From positions 1 through 57,195 of the IMG/VR virus record IMGVR_UViG_3300042544_000814: DNA of 57,195 bases; one strand, written 5' to 3'. The translations under genes and the position numbers were made by a program. The DNA is from a virus (taxonomy: Duplodnaviria > Caudoviricetes). Below, one piece after another: positions 1 to 11,738 of the stretch (position 1 is its first letter; each line of letters opens with the position of its first letter). The notes beneath the pieces were generated by a model, which saw only the letters and a list, made by a program, of their open reading frames with translations, did no database searches and had not been told where the DNA came from.

Positions 1-1
1 T

Positions 2-256
2 CACATAAATATTGCTGAAAACTCTTCCATCAAAAGTAACGTCAACGGATAGTGGGATTTGATATGAAACATCGTCACCACCACAAGCATTGATTTCTGT
101 TACAACTGGGCTAGATGTTTGTGCCTGTTGAGCAGCAGCGACAGCTGCCTCTTGACCTGGATTTACACAGCTGGCTTTCGCCATATCGGATATGCCAAAT
201 ACTGGTAGGAACGCTAAAATTAGAGCAGCTGCAGCTCTACCTACTTTATTATTAAT
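2..256 (-). CDS. Secreted protein (N-terminal part; runs off the left edge), not in the ORF track
   Basis: Manual translation: (I)NNKVGRAAAALILAFLPVFGISDMAKASCVNPG...CGGDDVSYQIPLSVDVTFDGRVFSNIYV, open to the window edge. Signal-peptide-like N-terminus; AGGAG at 266-270. Start codon uncertain (ATT). Confidence 0.7.
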   Translation of the reverse strand, partial: MNNKVGRAAAALILAFLPVFGISDMAKASCVNPGQEAAVAAAQQAQTSSPVVTEINACGGDDVSYQIPLSVDVTFDGRVFSNIYV

Positions 257-322
257 TTTGCATCACTCCTGTTGGGGTAGCTGGAATGTATTATGATACT
301 ATTATACTGGCTTATATAAGAT

Positions 323-350
323 AAAAGGGGCATGGCCGTAGCCACACCCC
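323..350 (-). terminator. Rho-independent terminator after nrdF
   Basis: Minus strand GGGGTGTGGC-TACG-GCCATGCCCC-TTTT: UNCG tetraloop and U-tract. Confidence 0.85.
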
Positions 351-368
351 TCATACCAAGCTAAAGAA

Positions 369-3419
<3,051 letters not shown>

Positions 3420-3427
<8 letters not shown>

Positions 3428-3812
3428 ACAGTATTTCTAACCTCTCTTTTACTTTTTGTACATCGTGTTCTGTGCCAAATATTTCTACCCTGGCAACAAT
3501 GGGCACTCCAGTTTTAGCAGAGATCATATCTGCTGCTTTGCAAAAATGCTCTCCAAAATTTGTGTTGCCAAATCCAACAACCCCCTGGAGAAGGTCCCTG
3601 TTATTTGGAACATTTAAAAAAGCTCTCACCTGTTTAGGAATAGCAGACCTGTCAGAGCCACCGCCATAGGTTGGAACGAATAAGACAAATGGCCTGTCCA
3701 TCTCTACGGTGCCTGATTGAATTTCAATCCTGGTAGCTGGCATTCCTAATTTTTCTACAAATCTCTTAGTGTTTCCAGAATGATTTGAAAAATAGACAAT
3801 GTCTATGGACAT
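3420..3812 (-). CDS. nrdI: Flavodoxin-like NrdI
   Basis: [32 protein letters not shown]; adjacent to nrdE. Confidence 0.95.
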
Positions 3813-3844
3813 CTATTTTACTCCCTCTTTTTTGATCTGGTGAC

Positions 3845-3875
3845 AATAAAGGGGAAGAACTTTTGTCCTTCCCCT
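3845..3875 (-). terminator. Rho-independent terminator
   Basis: Minus strand AGGGGAAGGAC-AAAA-GTTCTTCCCCT-TTATT, downstream of the surface-protein gene. Confidence 0.75.
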
Positions 3876-3893
3876 CTATCATTTTATCACGAA

Positions 3894-4790
3894 CTACTTG
3901 ATGAACGCAAGCTTCTGAGCCTTTGGCTTTCCAACGTTGTACTTCTTTACAAGCACGTTGTACTGCCACTTTAGCTTACGAACAACCTTCTCTAGGTCTG
4001 CCTTAGCAGTGTTTGCTGTGGCTAGATCTGCAGTCAAGGTTGCTACAGCAGCTAGAGCAGCACCAAGCTCTGCCTCAATGTTGCGTGGCTGGTTAACTGC
4101 AATAGTCGCTACAGCAGAAGAGCTAGCAGCAAATGCAGTTACAGTTACGTTACCAGTTGCTGGCAAGGTTACTACGTGGCTTACAGTACCAGAAGTGGTA
4201 GTGGTAGCTGTTGCAGTAGTAATAACACCGTTGGTGTTGATTACTAGATTAACAGTACCGCCAGACTTTGCGTTGTTGTACTTGTCAAATGCAGATACAA
4301 CTACAGACTGAGTTGAGCCAGCTAGACCAGTTGCTGGTGCAGCTAGTGCAACCTTAGCAAGGTCACCCGCTGTTCCCTTTACATGGTAAGTTGTCTGAGT
4401 GTTACCAACAGTAACAACTACAGAACCTACAGCCGTGGTCTTCGTGAATACGAATAGCTCTACGCTTCCGCTAGTGCTTGCGTTTACGGTCAGAGTTGCT
4501 GAACCAGAAGCTGCAGTTGCACCAGTCAGAGTTGATAGTAGTAGTGCATTGGTAGCAGTTGCAGAAACGGTAGTGCCATTGGCAACTCCCGAAACAGAAA
4601 TGCTCAATGCGTTTGAAGATGATACGTTATCTGCTGGGACTGGCAATGCAATTGCAGTAGCAGAAGTAGTACCACCAGTTGCCGATACAGTGGCAACGGT
4701 TAGTGTCTGGGTGTTAGCAGATGCTGCAACACCAGCTAGGCCTAGGGTCAATGCTGCGACCAGGCCAATTGCTAGCTTATTAAGCTTCAT
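3894..4790 (-). CDS. Secreted Thr/Ala-rich Ig-like surface protein with C-terminal basic coiled coil
   Basis: Sec signal peptide (MKLNKLAIGLVAALTLGLAGVAASA), beta-rich body, basic C-terminus (LEKVVRKLKWQYNVLVKKYN...). RBS AAGGAG upstream. Confidence 0.7.
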   Translation of the reverse strand: MKLNKLAIGLVAALTLGLAGVAASANTQTLTVATVSATGGTTSATAIALPVPADNVSSSNALSISVSGVANGTTVSATATNALLLSTLTGATAASGSATLTVNASTSGSVELFVFTKTTAVGSVVVTVGNTQTTYHVKGTAGDLAKVALAAPATGLAGSTQSVVVSAFDKYNNAKSGGTVNLVINTNGVITTATATTTTSGTVSHVVTLPATGNVTVTAFAASSSAVATIAVNQPRNIEAELGAALAAVATLTADLATANTAKADLEKVVRKLKWQYNVLVKKYNVGKPKAQKLAFIK

Positions 4791-4812
4791 TGGTTTTCTC
4801 CTTAGTTTGAAT

Positions 4813-6588
4813 CTAGATTAGATCGAATCTAGCCAAGTATTCTTTGACATCATTTGGCATAGGCTTATATTTTATCACACCGTTAGTATTTTCGTCAAGG
4901 CTTTCTTTTGGCCTATCTCTAAATGTGTGAATGTCAACTTCAAGGTTAAGGTCTCTTGGTGTGTGAGATATGGCACCAAAGACTGCACCACACACGGCAT
5001 CGGCAAGGTCCTTAGACTTTTTGCGAGGGTGGTCAACTTTATTGTTATTCATGATCTTAAGCTCTGTAAGTTCTTCGAACAAAAGATCAATCATTGGCAT
5101 GGCCAGACGCTCTTCATAAACTAGCATAGCCATATCTTCATAGTGTTTCTTGGCAACAGAAACAGTTTCAGTTCTCATGCCTACCTGCTTCAGCTCATTC
5201 TGAATATCAAATGATTGCCAGCGGTCAAACGACACCATTCCAATATTAAATCCTTGTCTGCGTAAGTTTTGAATCCACTGCTTCACTTCTGAAAGATTTA
5301 CTGGCCCTTCTGTTCTTGGTTCCCACCATGCAACGGCATCCACTACTACTACTGGAGCAATCTGCTGATAGTCCTTAAGTACCTGGATATTTACCCACTT
5401 GTCAACGTGAGCAATTGCGACTGCACACTTGTCATGCTTCTGTGCAAGGTCAGCGTGGACGTAGTAAATCTTATCTGGATCTGGTTTAAACGATTCGTCA
5501 AACCTCCTGATAGAATCTAAAGGATTACGAATTGTCATTGCAGCCTTGACCTTATCAGTCTGCTTAAAGAATCTATCAGACGAGAATGTTGGGATACACG
5601 CAAAGCGTTGCATGGCATCACCCATGTCTGTAAAGAACGCTAACTTAAAGTCATCAATCTTTCTTGTTGGGTTTACTACCCAGGTTGGTCTTTTTAGTGC
5701 AAACACACCAGGATACTTATAGCTTACGATAGTGTCTTCGTCCCATTCAATATCCAGGTAGTTCCCATCCTGAGTTTCTGGCAAGTCTGGATTCATAATA
5801 AATCTGTGAGTCTTTGCTACCACTTCTTTTTCTGCAATCGCAGCATCATACTTTGCAGAGATAAAGTCTCCAGGGAAACGTGGGAATGATAGGAGTGCAA
5901 CTTTCCCAAGGTCTGGGAAACGAGAGTCTACAGAAGCACGGAAGGCTTTGTAGATATTGTCTGCCGTCTTACCCTGATCATTACCAGTTCCAACCTCTGT
6001 AGCAAATCCAGAGATCTCGTCAAGTACCGCAAGAATAAGGTTGAGACCCTCGTGTGACTCTCTTTCGGAGTGTCCTGAATAAACAGTGATAGACTTGTCA
6101 AATTCAATGGATTCTGCTTTTGGATTATACTTTCCAGCAAACCAAGGCGACCTCTCAATCTTAGTCTTAAAGCCTTTAAAGAATACATTTTTCGCTTGCT
6201 GGGCGTTAATCGCAACGTTAATAATGTCAATGGCATCGCCAGCAGGTTTACCAAAATACCGTGCAGGATCCTTAAGGCAAAGAAGTTTATAGACGATATA
6301 GGCACACGCAACTGTAGACGTAAAGTCTTTACCAGACCCCTTGCCCAGCTGAAGAATAACTTCGTTCTTAGTATACTTTTTATAATACCTTCTCCCCTCT
6401 GTATCGCCTAGAAGCTCAATAACGTCTTCTAGCTTATAGATCTGACTCATGGCCTCTACAATGTCATACTGCACGTCTGACAGCGGAGGCTGCCCAAGAA
6501 AGTCTTCACCTTCGACAAAAGTCTTTGCATCTACTGGACGCTCCTCAAAATTGTCAGACTTGAGTGCTTCTAAAAAATCATCAAACAT
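4813..6588 (-). CDS. terL: Terminase large subunit
   Basis: Walker A-like GKGSGKD, Walker B LAVLDE, RNase H-type nuclease HADLA...DHPRKKSKDLADAV. Confidence 0.9.
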   Translation of the reverse strand: MFDDFLEALKSDNFEERPVDAKTFVEGEDFLGQPPLSDVQYDIVEAMSQIYKLEDVIELLGDTEGRRYYKKYTKNEVILQLGKGSGKDFTSTVACAYIVYKLLCLKDPARYFGKPAGDAIDIINVAINAQQAKNVFFKGFKTKIERSPWFAGKYNPKAESIEFDKSITVYSGHSERESHEGLNLILAVLDEISGFATEVGTGNDQGKTADNIYKAFRASVDSRFPDLGKVALLSFPRFPGDFISAKYDAAIAEKEVVAKTHRFIMNPDLPETQDGNYLDIEWDEDTIVSYKYPGVFALKRPTWVVNPTRKIDDFKLAFFTDMGDAMQRFACIPTFSSDRFFKQTDKVKAAMTIRNPLDSIRRFDESFKPDPDKIYYVHADLAQKHDKCAVAIAHVDKWVNIQVLKDYQQIAPVVVVDAVAWWEPRTEGPVNLSEVKQWIQNLRRQGFNIGMVSFDRWQSFDIQNELKQVGMRTETVSVAKKHYEDMAMLVYEERLAMPMIDLLFEELTELKIMNNNKVDHPRKKSKDLADAVCGAVFGAISHTPRDLNLEVDIHTFRDRPKESLDENTNGVIKYKPMPNDVKEYLARFDLI

Positions 6589-7114
6589 TGTGGACTACCG
6601 TTATTACCTCTTTGTCTTTGGCTACGCTAGATAGCCTACGCATAATCTCATCTCTAATTTCTGGATGCTCGGCTGCAATGTCTTTAAGGATATTAACAAG
6701 AACCTCTTGCTTCCTTTCGATCTCAAGCATCTCTTCTGCTAGCTCTTTGTTTTCTAGTAGTCCAGCCTTCTGAAGCATGTCAATCCTGGTACGCTCTAGA
6801 TCCATTACTAGCTTAATTCCTGCAGTCTTTGCTGTAAGATTAGCAGTAGTGGTAGCTTCATCGATTACCTCATATGCTTTATTAATTAGTTTACTATAGT
6901 GGGTGTCTGCACCAACTAAGGCCTCCTTGGCACGTGCACGAATAGCAGCATTGTCTGCTGCCATTGTACGCCATTCATTGATATACCCAACTACCTTTTG
7001 TCTTGGGATAGCCAACTCTTTAGAAATCTGGGTCTCTGGGGTTCCAGCAAGATACTTTTCAACTACCTTGTTTACTGTATCAAGATGTTCTACTGTAAGG
7101 TCTTCAAACGACAC
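6581..7114 (-). CDS. Probable terminase small subunit
   Basis: N-terminal HTH-like segment (ETQISKELAIPRQKV), helical remainder, directly upstream of terL. Confidence 0.6.
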   Translation of the reverse strand: MSFEDLTVEHLDTVNKVVEKYLAGTPETQISKELAIPRQKVVGYINEWRTMAADNAAIRARAKEALVGADTHYSKLINKAYEVIDEATTTANLTAKTAGIKLVMDLERTRIDMLQKAGLLENKELAEEMLEIERKQEVLVNILKDIAAEHPEIRDEIMRRLSSVAKDKEVITVVHNV

Positions 7115-7388
7115 GCTTTGCCCTCTTTCCTCGCTTTGGGATACGCTTTACTCTGTCTTGCTTAAAGGAACGGAATACTGATGATACCCCACCAATAATC
7201 TCAAAGCAATCAACCCAGGAAGCTCCTGTCAGGGTATTTGTGGTAATCCCCACAAACTTAAACTTGCTGCCCCACTCACCATTGATCTTGATGACTTCTC
7301 CAGCTTGGACAGGGAATCCGTTTATCTCCATGTATGGAACGGTCTCAAAGTAACTAGGTGCTACCTCAGCATTTTTACGTCTAGCCAA
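7104..7388 (-). CDS. Hypothetical protein (small beta domain, basic tail)
   Basis: 94-aa ORF with TTG start, tightly packed with neighbours. Confidence 0.7.
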   Translation of the reverse strand: MARRKNAEVAPSYFETVPYMEINGFPVQAGEVIKINGEWGSKFKFVGITTNTLTGASWVDCFEIIGGVSSVFRSFKQDRVKRIPKRGKRAKRVV

Positions 7389-7545
7389 CAGTCTTCTCCA
7401 CTTTCATTCTTTGTCCACATTTTGAACAGCTTGTATAAGTATACCCAGTAAACGGACAAGACGCAACCCTTGAGTCTGAATGCTTACAGGTTATTCTATT
7501 AATATGATATCTGATCACATTGGCAAAGTGCTTTATATATTTCAT
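7381..7545 (-). CDS. Small Cys-rich protein (54 aa), not in the ORF track
   Basis: MKYIKHFANVIRYHINRITCKHSDSRVASCPFTGYTYTSCSKCGQRMKVEKTVG; ATGA overlap with the upstream gene. Confidence 0.75.
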   Translation of the reverse strand: MKYIKHFANVIRYHINRITCKHSDSRVASCPFTGYTYTSCSKCGQRMKVEKTVG

Positions 7546-7703
7546 CGTCTAGACTTTCTTAATCCAAATTTTGCAAGATAGACATAAATAGTTTCTACGC
7601 TAGTCCCACATTCTTTTGCAATTTGCTCTGGCGTTTTCTTGTCTACATGAAATCGCTTCTTCAGCCATAGTTCATTTGTATATAGTTTAACAGATGGTGC
7701 CAT
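7542..7703 (-). CDS. Small helix-turn-helix protein (53 aa), not in the ORF track
   Basis: MAPSVKLYTNELWLKKRFHVDKKTPEQIAKECGTSVETIYVYLAKFGLRKSRR; IAKECGTSVETI is an HTH pattern. Confidence 0.8.
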   Translation of the reverse strand: MAPSVKLYTNELWLKKRFHVDKKTPEQIAKECGTSVETIYVYLAKFGLRKSRR

Positions 7704-7708
7704 TTTTG

Positions 7709-8290
7709 TCAATCCCCCAGCTTTTCCCAGTTACGCAATGAGTAGTGCCCAATGCCAATTGCATCGGCAATATCGTTGTCATCGATGGATAGATCATAGT
7801 TTATATTAACAAAGTTTATAGTTCTTTGTTTTCTAATGTCTCTTTCCATTGCCTTATAATAACTCTTTGACTTTCCTGGATACCTAGAAACTATATCTAG
7901 CTTTTCTACCTTTGTCAATACTTTGTTGCCAATGAAGCTCTGCCAGGCAACTGGGTTCGTACCCTTAAACACCTTTACCCCAGCTAGAGATGCACCAGCA
8001 ATTATTGCACCCTGCACCATGGACAACTCAGACATCGTCTTTGGGCTATTGATAAAGACTGCTCGTTCGATTACAAGAGCGTCCACGTTCATTTCTCTGA
8101 CCACTTCATGAACAATCTGTACGGCACTTGATATTTTTTTGAAAACATCTGTGCCAACAAACTGAGCCTTACCAGATCTAACCAACCTGTCTCCCTCAAA
8201 GATTGCATATGCGATATTGTTTGTGCTTGCATCAATAGAAACAATCCTATTTGGCTTATTCACAAAGTTACTCAGATTTACCATTGGCAA
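7709..8290 (-). CDS. RuvC-like Holliday junction resolvase
   Basis: IVSIDAST, LVIE and DIADAIGIG acidic motifs. Confidence 0.85.
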   Translation of the reverse strand: MPMVNLSNFVNKPNRIVSIDASTNNIAYAIFEGDRLVRSGKAQFVGTDVFKKISSAVQIVHEVVREMNVDALVIERAVFINSPKTMSELSMVQGAIIAGASLAGVKVFKGTNPVAWQSFIGNKVLTKVEKLDIVSRYPGKSKSYYKAMERDIRKQRTINFVNINYDLSIDDNDIADAIGIGHYSLRNWEKLGD

Positions 8291-8564
8291 ATCCTTTTAG
8301 CTCTTTTAATGCTTTCTTTACTTCTGCTGGATTAACCAAGCATTCGCTACAGAGCTCTTGGTCATTATATGCAGAAAGAGGTATGCCACAGGACTTACAC
8401 TTACGATCTTTTCCAAGTCGCTTTGTGCGTCGTTTCTGAGCATACCTCTGTGCTATCTTCTCTCTAGTTGCAGATTCTCTACAATCTGAAGAGCAGTATA
8501 TCTGATAAGATACGTTGGTTTGGAATTGGCTATCGCACCAATCACAATGCTTGTGCTTCATCAA
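8268..8564 (-). CDS. Zinc-binding hypothetical protein
   Basis: CDWC, YCSSDC, CKSC and CSEC pairs. Confidence 0.7.
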   Translation of the reverse strand: MMKHKHCDWCDSQFQTNVSYQIYCSSDCRESATREKIAQRYAQKRRTKRLGKDRKCKSCGIPLSAYNDQELCSECLVNPAEVKKALKELKGFANGKSE

Positions 8565-9339
8565 GTGGCTCCAGGGACTTAATCTTAATTAGTCCCTCGC
8601 CAGCTGAGTCACAAGTTGCCCGAATTGGACATGTCTTGCAAATCTTTGAATTAGATCTGTAGTTCTTTGTAGGCAAAGTCTTATCTGTCCAAGCCTTACG
8701 AACCGTTCTCATCCATTCAAATGTCTGGTTTACCCACCTAACATAGTAATCATTAATCTGTACTGGTATAACCAGAAGATCGTGATTGTTCTTGTTCTCA
8801 TAAATCAAGACTGCTTCTGTCTTGTTTAAGATCTTCATGTAAATCAGCAGCTGAACTAGGTGGCCAAGCTTTGCTTTTCCGCTTGCCCTCCTATATTCAA
8901 AGCCTTCGGATGGCATCGTTTTGATTTCACCCAAGAGCTCTTTTCCTGCCCAGTCTAGTATAACATCTCCAAAGCCAAAGATTGGCGGATCGCTGTATGT
9001 TACCTTGAACTCAGAGTCAATTAGAATGCCCTCGTCTGCCATGGCTTGCTGAATACGCTCATGAGACTTTGTGCCAGCAGTCATGTTTGCACCGCCATAG
9101 GCATCTGCATTATCCTCAAACACTGCACCCTCAAATGCTAGATACCAGTATCGTGGACACTCGCCATGAGAATATGCAATCGTGCTTGGTGCAAAAGTTT
9201 TCTTCTGAGCAAACTTAGGCTCACGCTTAGCGATATATCCGTGCTGGATCCTATCGATGAGGTCCTGAGTATTTATAAAAGACTCTTTGCTGCTTTCGAT
9301 TTTCTTTAGCATTACCTGCTGTAAAAAGTTTTTAGCCAT
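8542..9339 (-). CDS. Cas4/AddB-like PD-(D/E)xK exonuclease with Fe-S cluster
   Basis: ECPRYW, GTKSHE, GDVI...EIKT, QLLIY and C-terminal CKTCPIRATC. Start moved to MAKNF. Confidence 0.85.
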   Translation of the reverse strand: MAKNFLQQVMLKKIESSKESFINTQDLIDRIQHGYIAKREPKFAQKKTFAPSTIAYSHGECPRYWYLAFEGAVFEDNADAYGGANMTAGTKSHERIQQAMADEGILIDSEFKVTYSDPPIFGFGDVILDWAGKELLGEIKTMPSEGFEYRRASGKAKLGHLVQLLIYMKILNKTEAVLIYENKNNHDLLVIPVQINDYYVRWVNQTFEWMRTVRKAWTDKTLPTKNYRSNSKICKTCPIRATCDSAGEGLIKIKSLEPLDEAQAL

Positions 9340-9346
9340 AATGACA

Positions 9347-9655
9347 CTAGCGAATAATGTATTTAAGAACAGCAACCAAACCATTAATGGCTTCTGCAGC
9401 TGTGTAATAAATATTCTTCTTCGCTCTATCTCCCTTGTCTACGTTAGTCAACCAGGTTGCACGGAATGCCATCTTAGCAGCAATGGCTTGCAACCTAACG
9501 ACCTCAAGAGTTGCTACTTGCAGTGGAATATCTGGCTTAACAATTACCTTTGAAATAAAGACAAGTGCTTGGGTCAATTCTTCGTCCTGCATGTAGTCTG
9601 CAATCTCTGCAAGACCGTTGATCATATCGATTGTATTTTTGTTTTCTGTTTCCAT
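9347..9655 (-). CDS. Hypothetical helical protein
   Basis: ORF track; start METENK lies 8 nt after an extended -10. Confidence 0.75.
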   Translation of the reverse strand: METENKNTIDMINGLAEIADYMQDEELTQALVFISKVIVKPDIPLQVATLEVVRLQAIAAKMAFRATWLTNVDKGDRAKKNIYYTAAEAINGLVAVLKYIIR

Positions 9656-9663
9656 TACCATTA

Positions 9664-9672
9664 ATTATACCA
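9664..9672 (-). promoter_or_regulatory. Extended -10 promoter TGGTATAAT
   Basis: Recurring TGnTAnAAT motif; overlaps the TAA stop of the upstream gene. Confidence 0.6.
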
Positions 9673-10282
9673 CGGACTCAGGTTCTGGGCTAGATGATAT
9701 AGCCTGCTTTTCTTTAGATGTAGCTCTGCCCCCAGCAACAAACCAAGGTAGCAGCTTGTCGTATAGATCCACAAGAAGGTTTACATCTTGAATCTGATAC
9801 TTTTTCATCTCTGCCCACGCCTTCTCGTCACCTTCCATACACCTAACCCAAAGACTAAATCCAGAGTGTTTTACCTTTGCACCCACTCCAAGCTTTTGTG
9901 CCACATAGTCTAGCTTGTTAGATGGGAATAGGAAGTTGGCCTTGGTAATGCTCATAAGGTCCAGGTCCTTTACTGGTGCAGGCGGTGTCATTCCATTCTC
10001 AAGGAACTCACGGTTGATATGCTTGTGGTCAAACGCTGCTGAGTTCCAGCCAACCAATAGGTCAGCCTCATTCATTAGCTTGTGCAGCTCTTCAAGCATT
10101 GCCTGCTTGCCATCGTGGTGCACAGATTTGAAGATAACCTTCTTCTCGCCTAACCAACGAGCACCAAAGCAAAGCATCTCACTGCTCTTAATGATCTGAT
10201 CAATGCTAATGTTCTGGTCCCACAGACCCCATGCATAAACTTGCATAGGAGTTGTTTCAATGTCTAGTAGTAATATTTTCAT
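9665..10282 (-). CDS. RNase H-like (DEDD/YprB-type) 3'-5' exonuclease
   Basis: LLDIET, GWNSAAFD, SNKLDYV, YQIQDV. Confidence 0.85.
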   Translation of the reverse strand: MKILLLDIETTPMQVYAWGLWDQNISIDQIIKSSEMLCFGARWLGEKKVIFKSVHHDGKQAMLEELHKLMNEADLLVGWNSAAFDHKHINREFLENGMTPPAPVKDLDLMSITKANFLFPSNKLDYVAQKLGVGAKVKHSGFSLWVRCMEGDEKAWAEMKKYQIQDVNLLVDLYDKLLPWFVAGGRATSKEKQAISSSPEPESVV

Positions 10283-10569
10283 TCTTTGCTTCCTTCTATT
10301 AATTGTTCTAGCAAGCTCAGTTCGATGATTGCTAGTCTTGTTTTACGATTTTCTTCTCCCAATACCACCACAATGGCTGGGTCGTTCTTATTCTTCATGG
10401 CATCAGTTACTGCCTTAGCCCAGTTGTCCTGGTTTACAGTAAAGCCCTTTGGATACTCTTTGAAGTCAACGGTGAAGCTTTCAAAGATTGCATCTCCCTT
10501 GGTATTTCCACGACCACTATTCTTTATGCCCTTGGCACCAAGACGTTTGATCTCGCCACGTTCACTCAT
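10279..10569 (-). CDS. Small PD-(D/E)xK endonuclease / Hjc-like resolvase
   Basis: E...NSG...KGDA...VDFKE motif. Confidence 0.65.
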   Translation of the reverse strand: MSERGEIKRLGAKGIKNSGRGNTKGDAIFESFTVDFKEYPKGFTVNQDNWAKAVTDAMKNKNDPAIVVVLGEENRKTRLAIIELSLLEQLIEGSKE

Positions 10570-10735
10570 AATCTTTCTTTGTTTTCTTTTTAGCTATAAG
10601 GCTAACTTTGCTCAAGTGTTTTTCTGGACAAACCCATGTTACCTCTTTGGTTTCAGAGTATAGCCTTAAGCTAGGAACTACGGCCTTGCAGGTATGACAT
10701 GGGAACTGCCCACTATAAACTGTGTACTTAGACAT
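10562..10735 (-). CDS. Small zinc-ribbon protein
   Basis: CHTC...CPEKH; start probably MSKY. Confidence 0.65.
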   Translation of the reverse strand: MSKYTVYSGQFPCHTCKAVVPSLRLYSETKEVTWVCPEKHLSKVSLIAKKKTKKDYE

Positions 10736-11738
10736 TATTAACCTTTGCAACTAGTGATTCGTATAGGTCTTTGTCTTCTTTTACCTTGTTGATAAATGCA
10801 TCTCTTCCCTGAAGCTTTGTACCGTCTTCAAGTTGATACCAGGCACCAGTTCTATTTACAAAACCAAGCATCTCTGCAGTATCTACTAGATCTGCAATAG
10901 AGTCAATTCCAATTAGGTCACCCCTATAGTAAAAGTCATACTCAGCACTGTCTCCAGGTGCAGACGTTTTAGAGTTAAGCACTTCCCAACGCACCTTACG
11001 ACCAACCTTCTGCTCAATTAGTTTATCTCCAACAGGAATCTTAGCTTTAATGGCCTGAGAGTCTGAGCTTGATGAGAATAACTTAACAATTGTAGACGAC
11101 ATGAACTGCGTTGTCAACCCACCAGTTGGTGCTGCTTGGGTATATGTAGCCTGAATGTTATTACGTGCCTGAGAGATAGCAACTACTAGTGCAGGCTTTT
11201 CACGATTGTTTGCATAGTTAAGCATTAGCCATGCATGCTTTAGATCCTTAGACTCTGCACCAATCTGCTTAGTCTGGTCTAGTGCCTTTAGTTCATCAGA
11301 GTCTTTCTCGAAGTATACTGCTGGCAATAGCGAGCTAATGCTGTCAATAACAATGATGTCTACGCCAGCCTGAAGTAGGGCAACGCCAACATCTACCATG
11401 TCATTGATGCTTCTTGCCTCTGAGTAGATGAGCTGACTAGTATCGACACCAAGCTTCTTTGCCCACTCTTCGTCATAAGACATCTCAGCATCTACCCAGG
11501 CACAAAGCTTACCTTCCTTCTGTGCCATACCAATCATTTGCAGACATAGCGATGACTTAGCACTAGACTTACTACCCCAAAGTAGTACCTGACGACCATA
11601 TGGAAAACCACCGCCTAGTGCCCTATTAAGACCAGCACTTGGTGTTGGCTGTAGCTCAGTTGTGATACCCTCTCCATTGCTCAGCCTCTTCCTAATCTTA
11701 GGGTCAAGCTGTGCCATTGCTTCTTCAATTGTTGTCAA
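10728..11738 (-). CDS. recA: RecA-family recombinase
   Basis: LNRALGGGFPYGR, WVDAE, IVIDSI, ISQ, PTGG, TGAWY, QGRD. Walker A is the variant GSKSSAKS. Confidence 0.9.
   Translation of the reverse strand: MTTIEEAMAQLDPKIRKRLSNGEGITTELQPTPSAGLNRALGGGFPYGRQVLLWGSKSSAKSSLCLQMIGMAQKEGKLCAWVDAEMSYDEEWAKKLGVDTSQLIYSEARSINDMVDVGVALLQAGVDIIVIDSISSLLPAVYFEKDSDELKALDQTKQIGAESKDLKHAWLMLNYANNREKPALVVAISQARNNIQATYTQAAPTGGLTTQFMSSTIVKLFSSSSDSQAIKAKIPVGDKLIEQKVGRKVRWEVLNSKTSAPGDSAEYDFYYRGDLIGIDSIADLVDTAEMLGFVNRTGAWYQLEDGTKLQGRDAFINKVKEDKDLYESLVAKVNNV

Noticed and set aside
8542-9339. Cas4-like gene as evidence of CRISPR-Cas
   Set aside because: Solo Cas4-family nucleases are common in phage recombination modules; no array or other cas genes are present.
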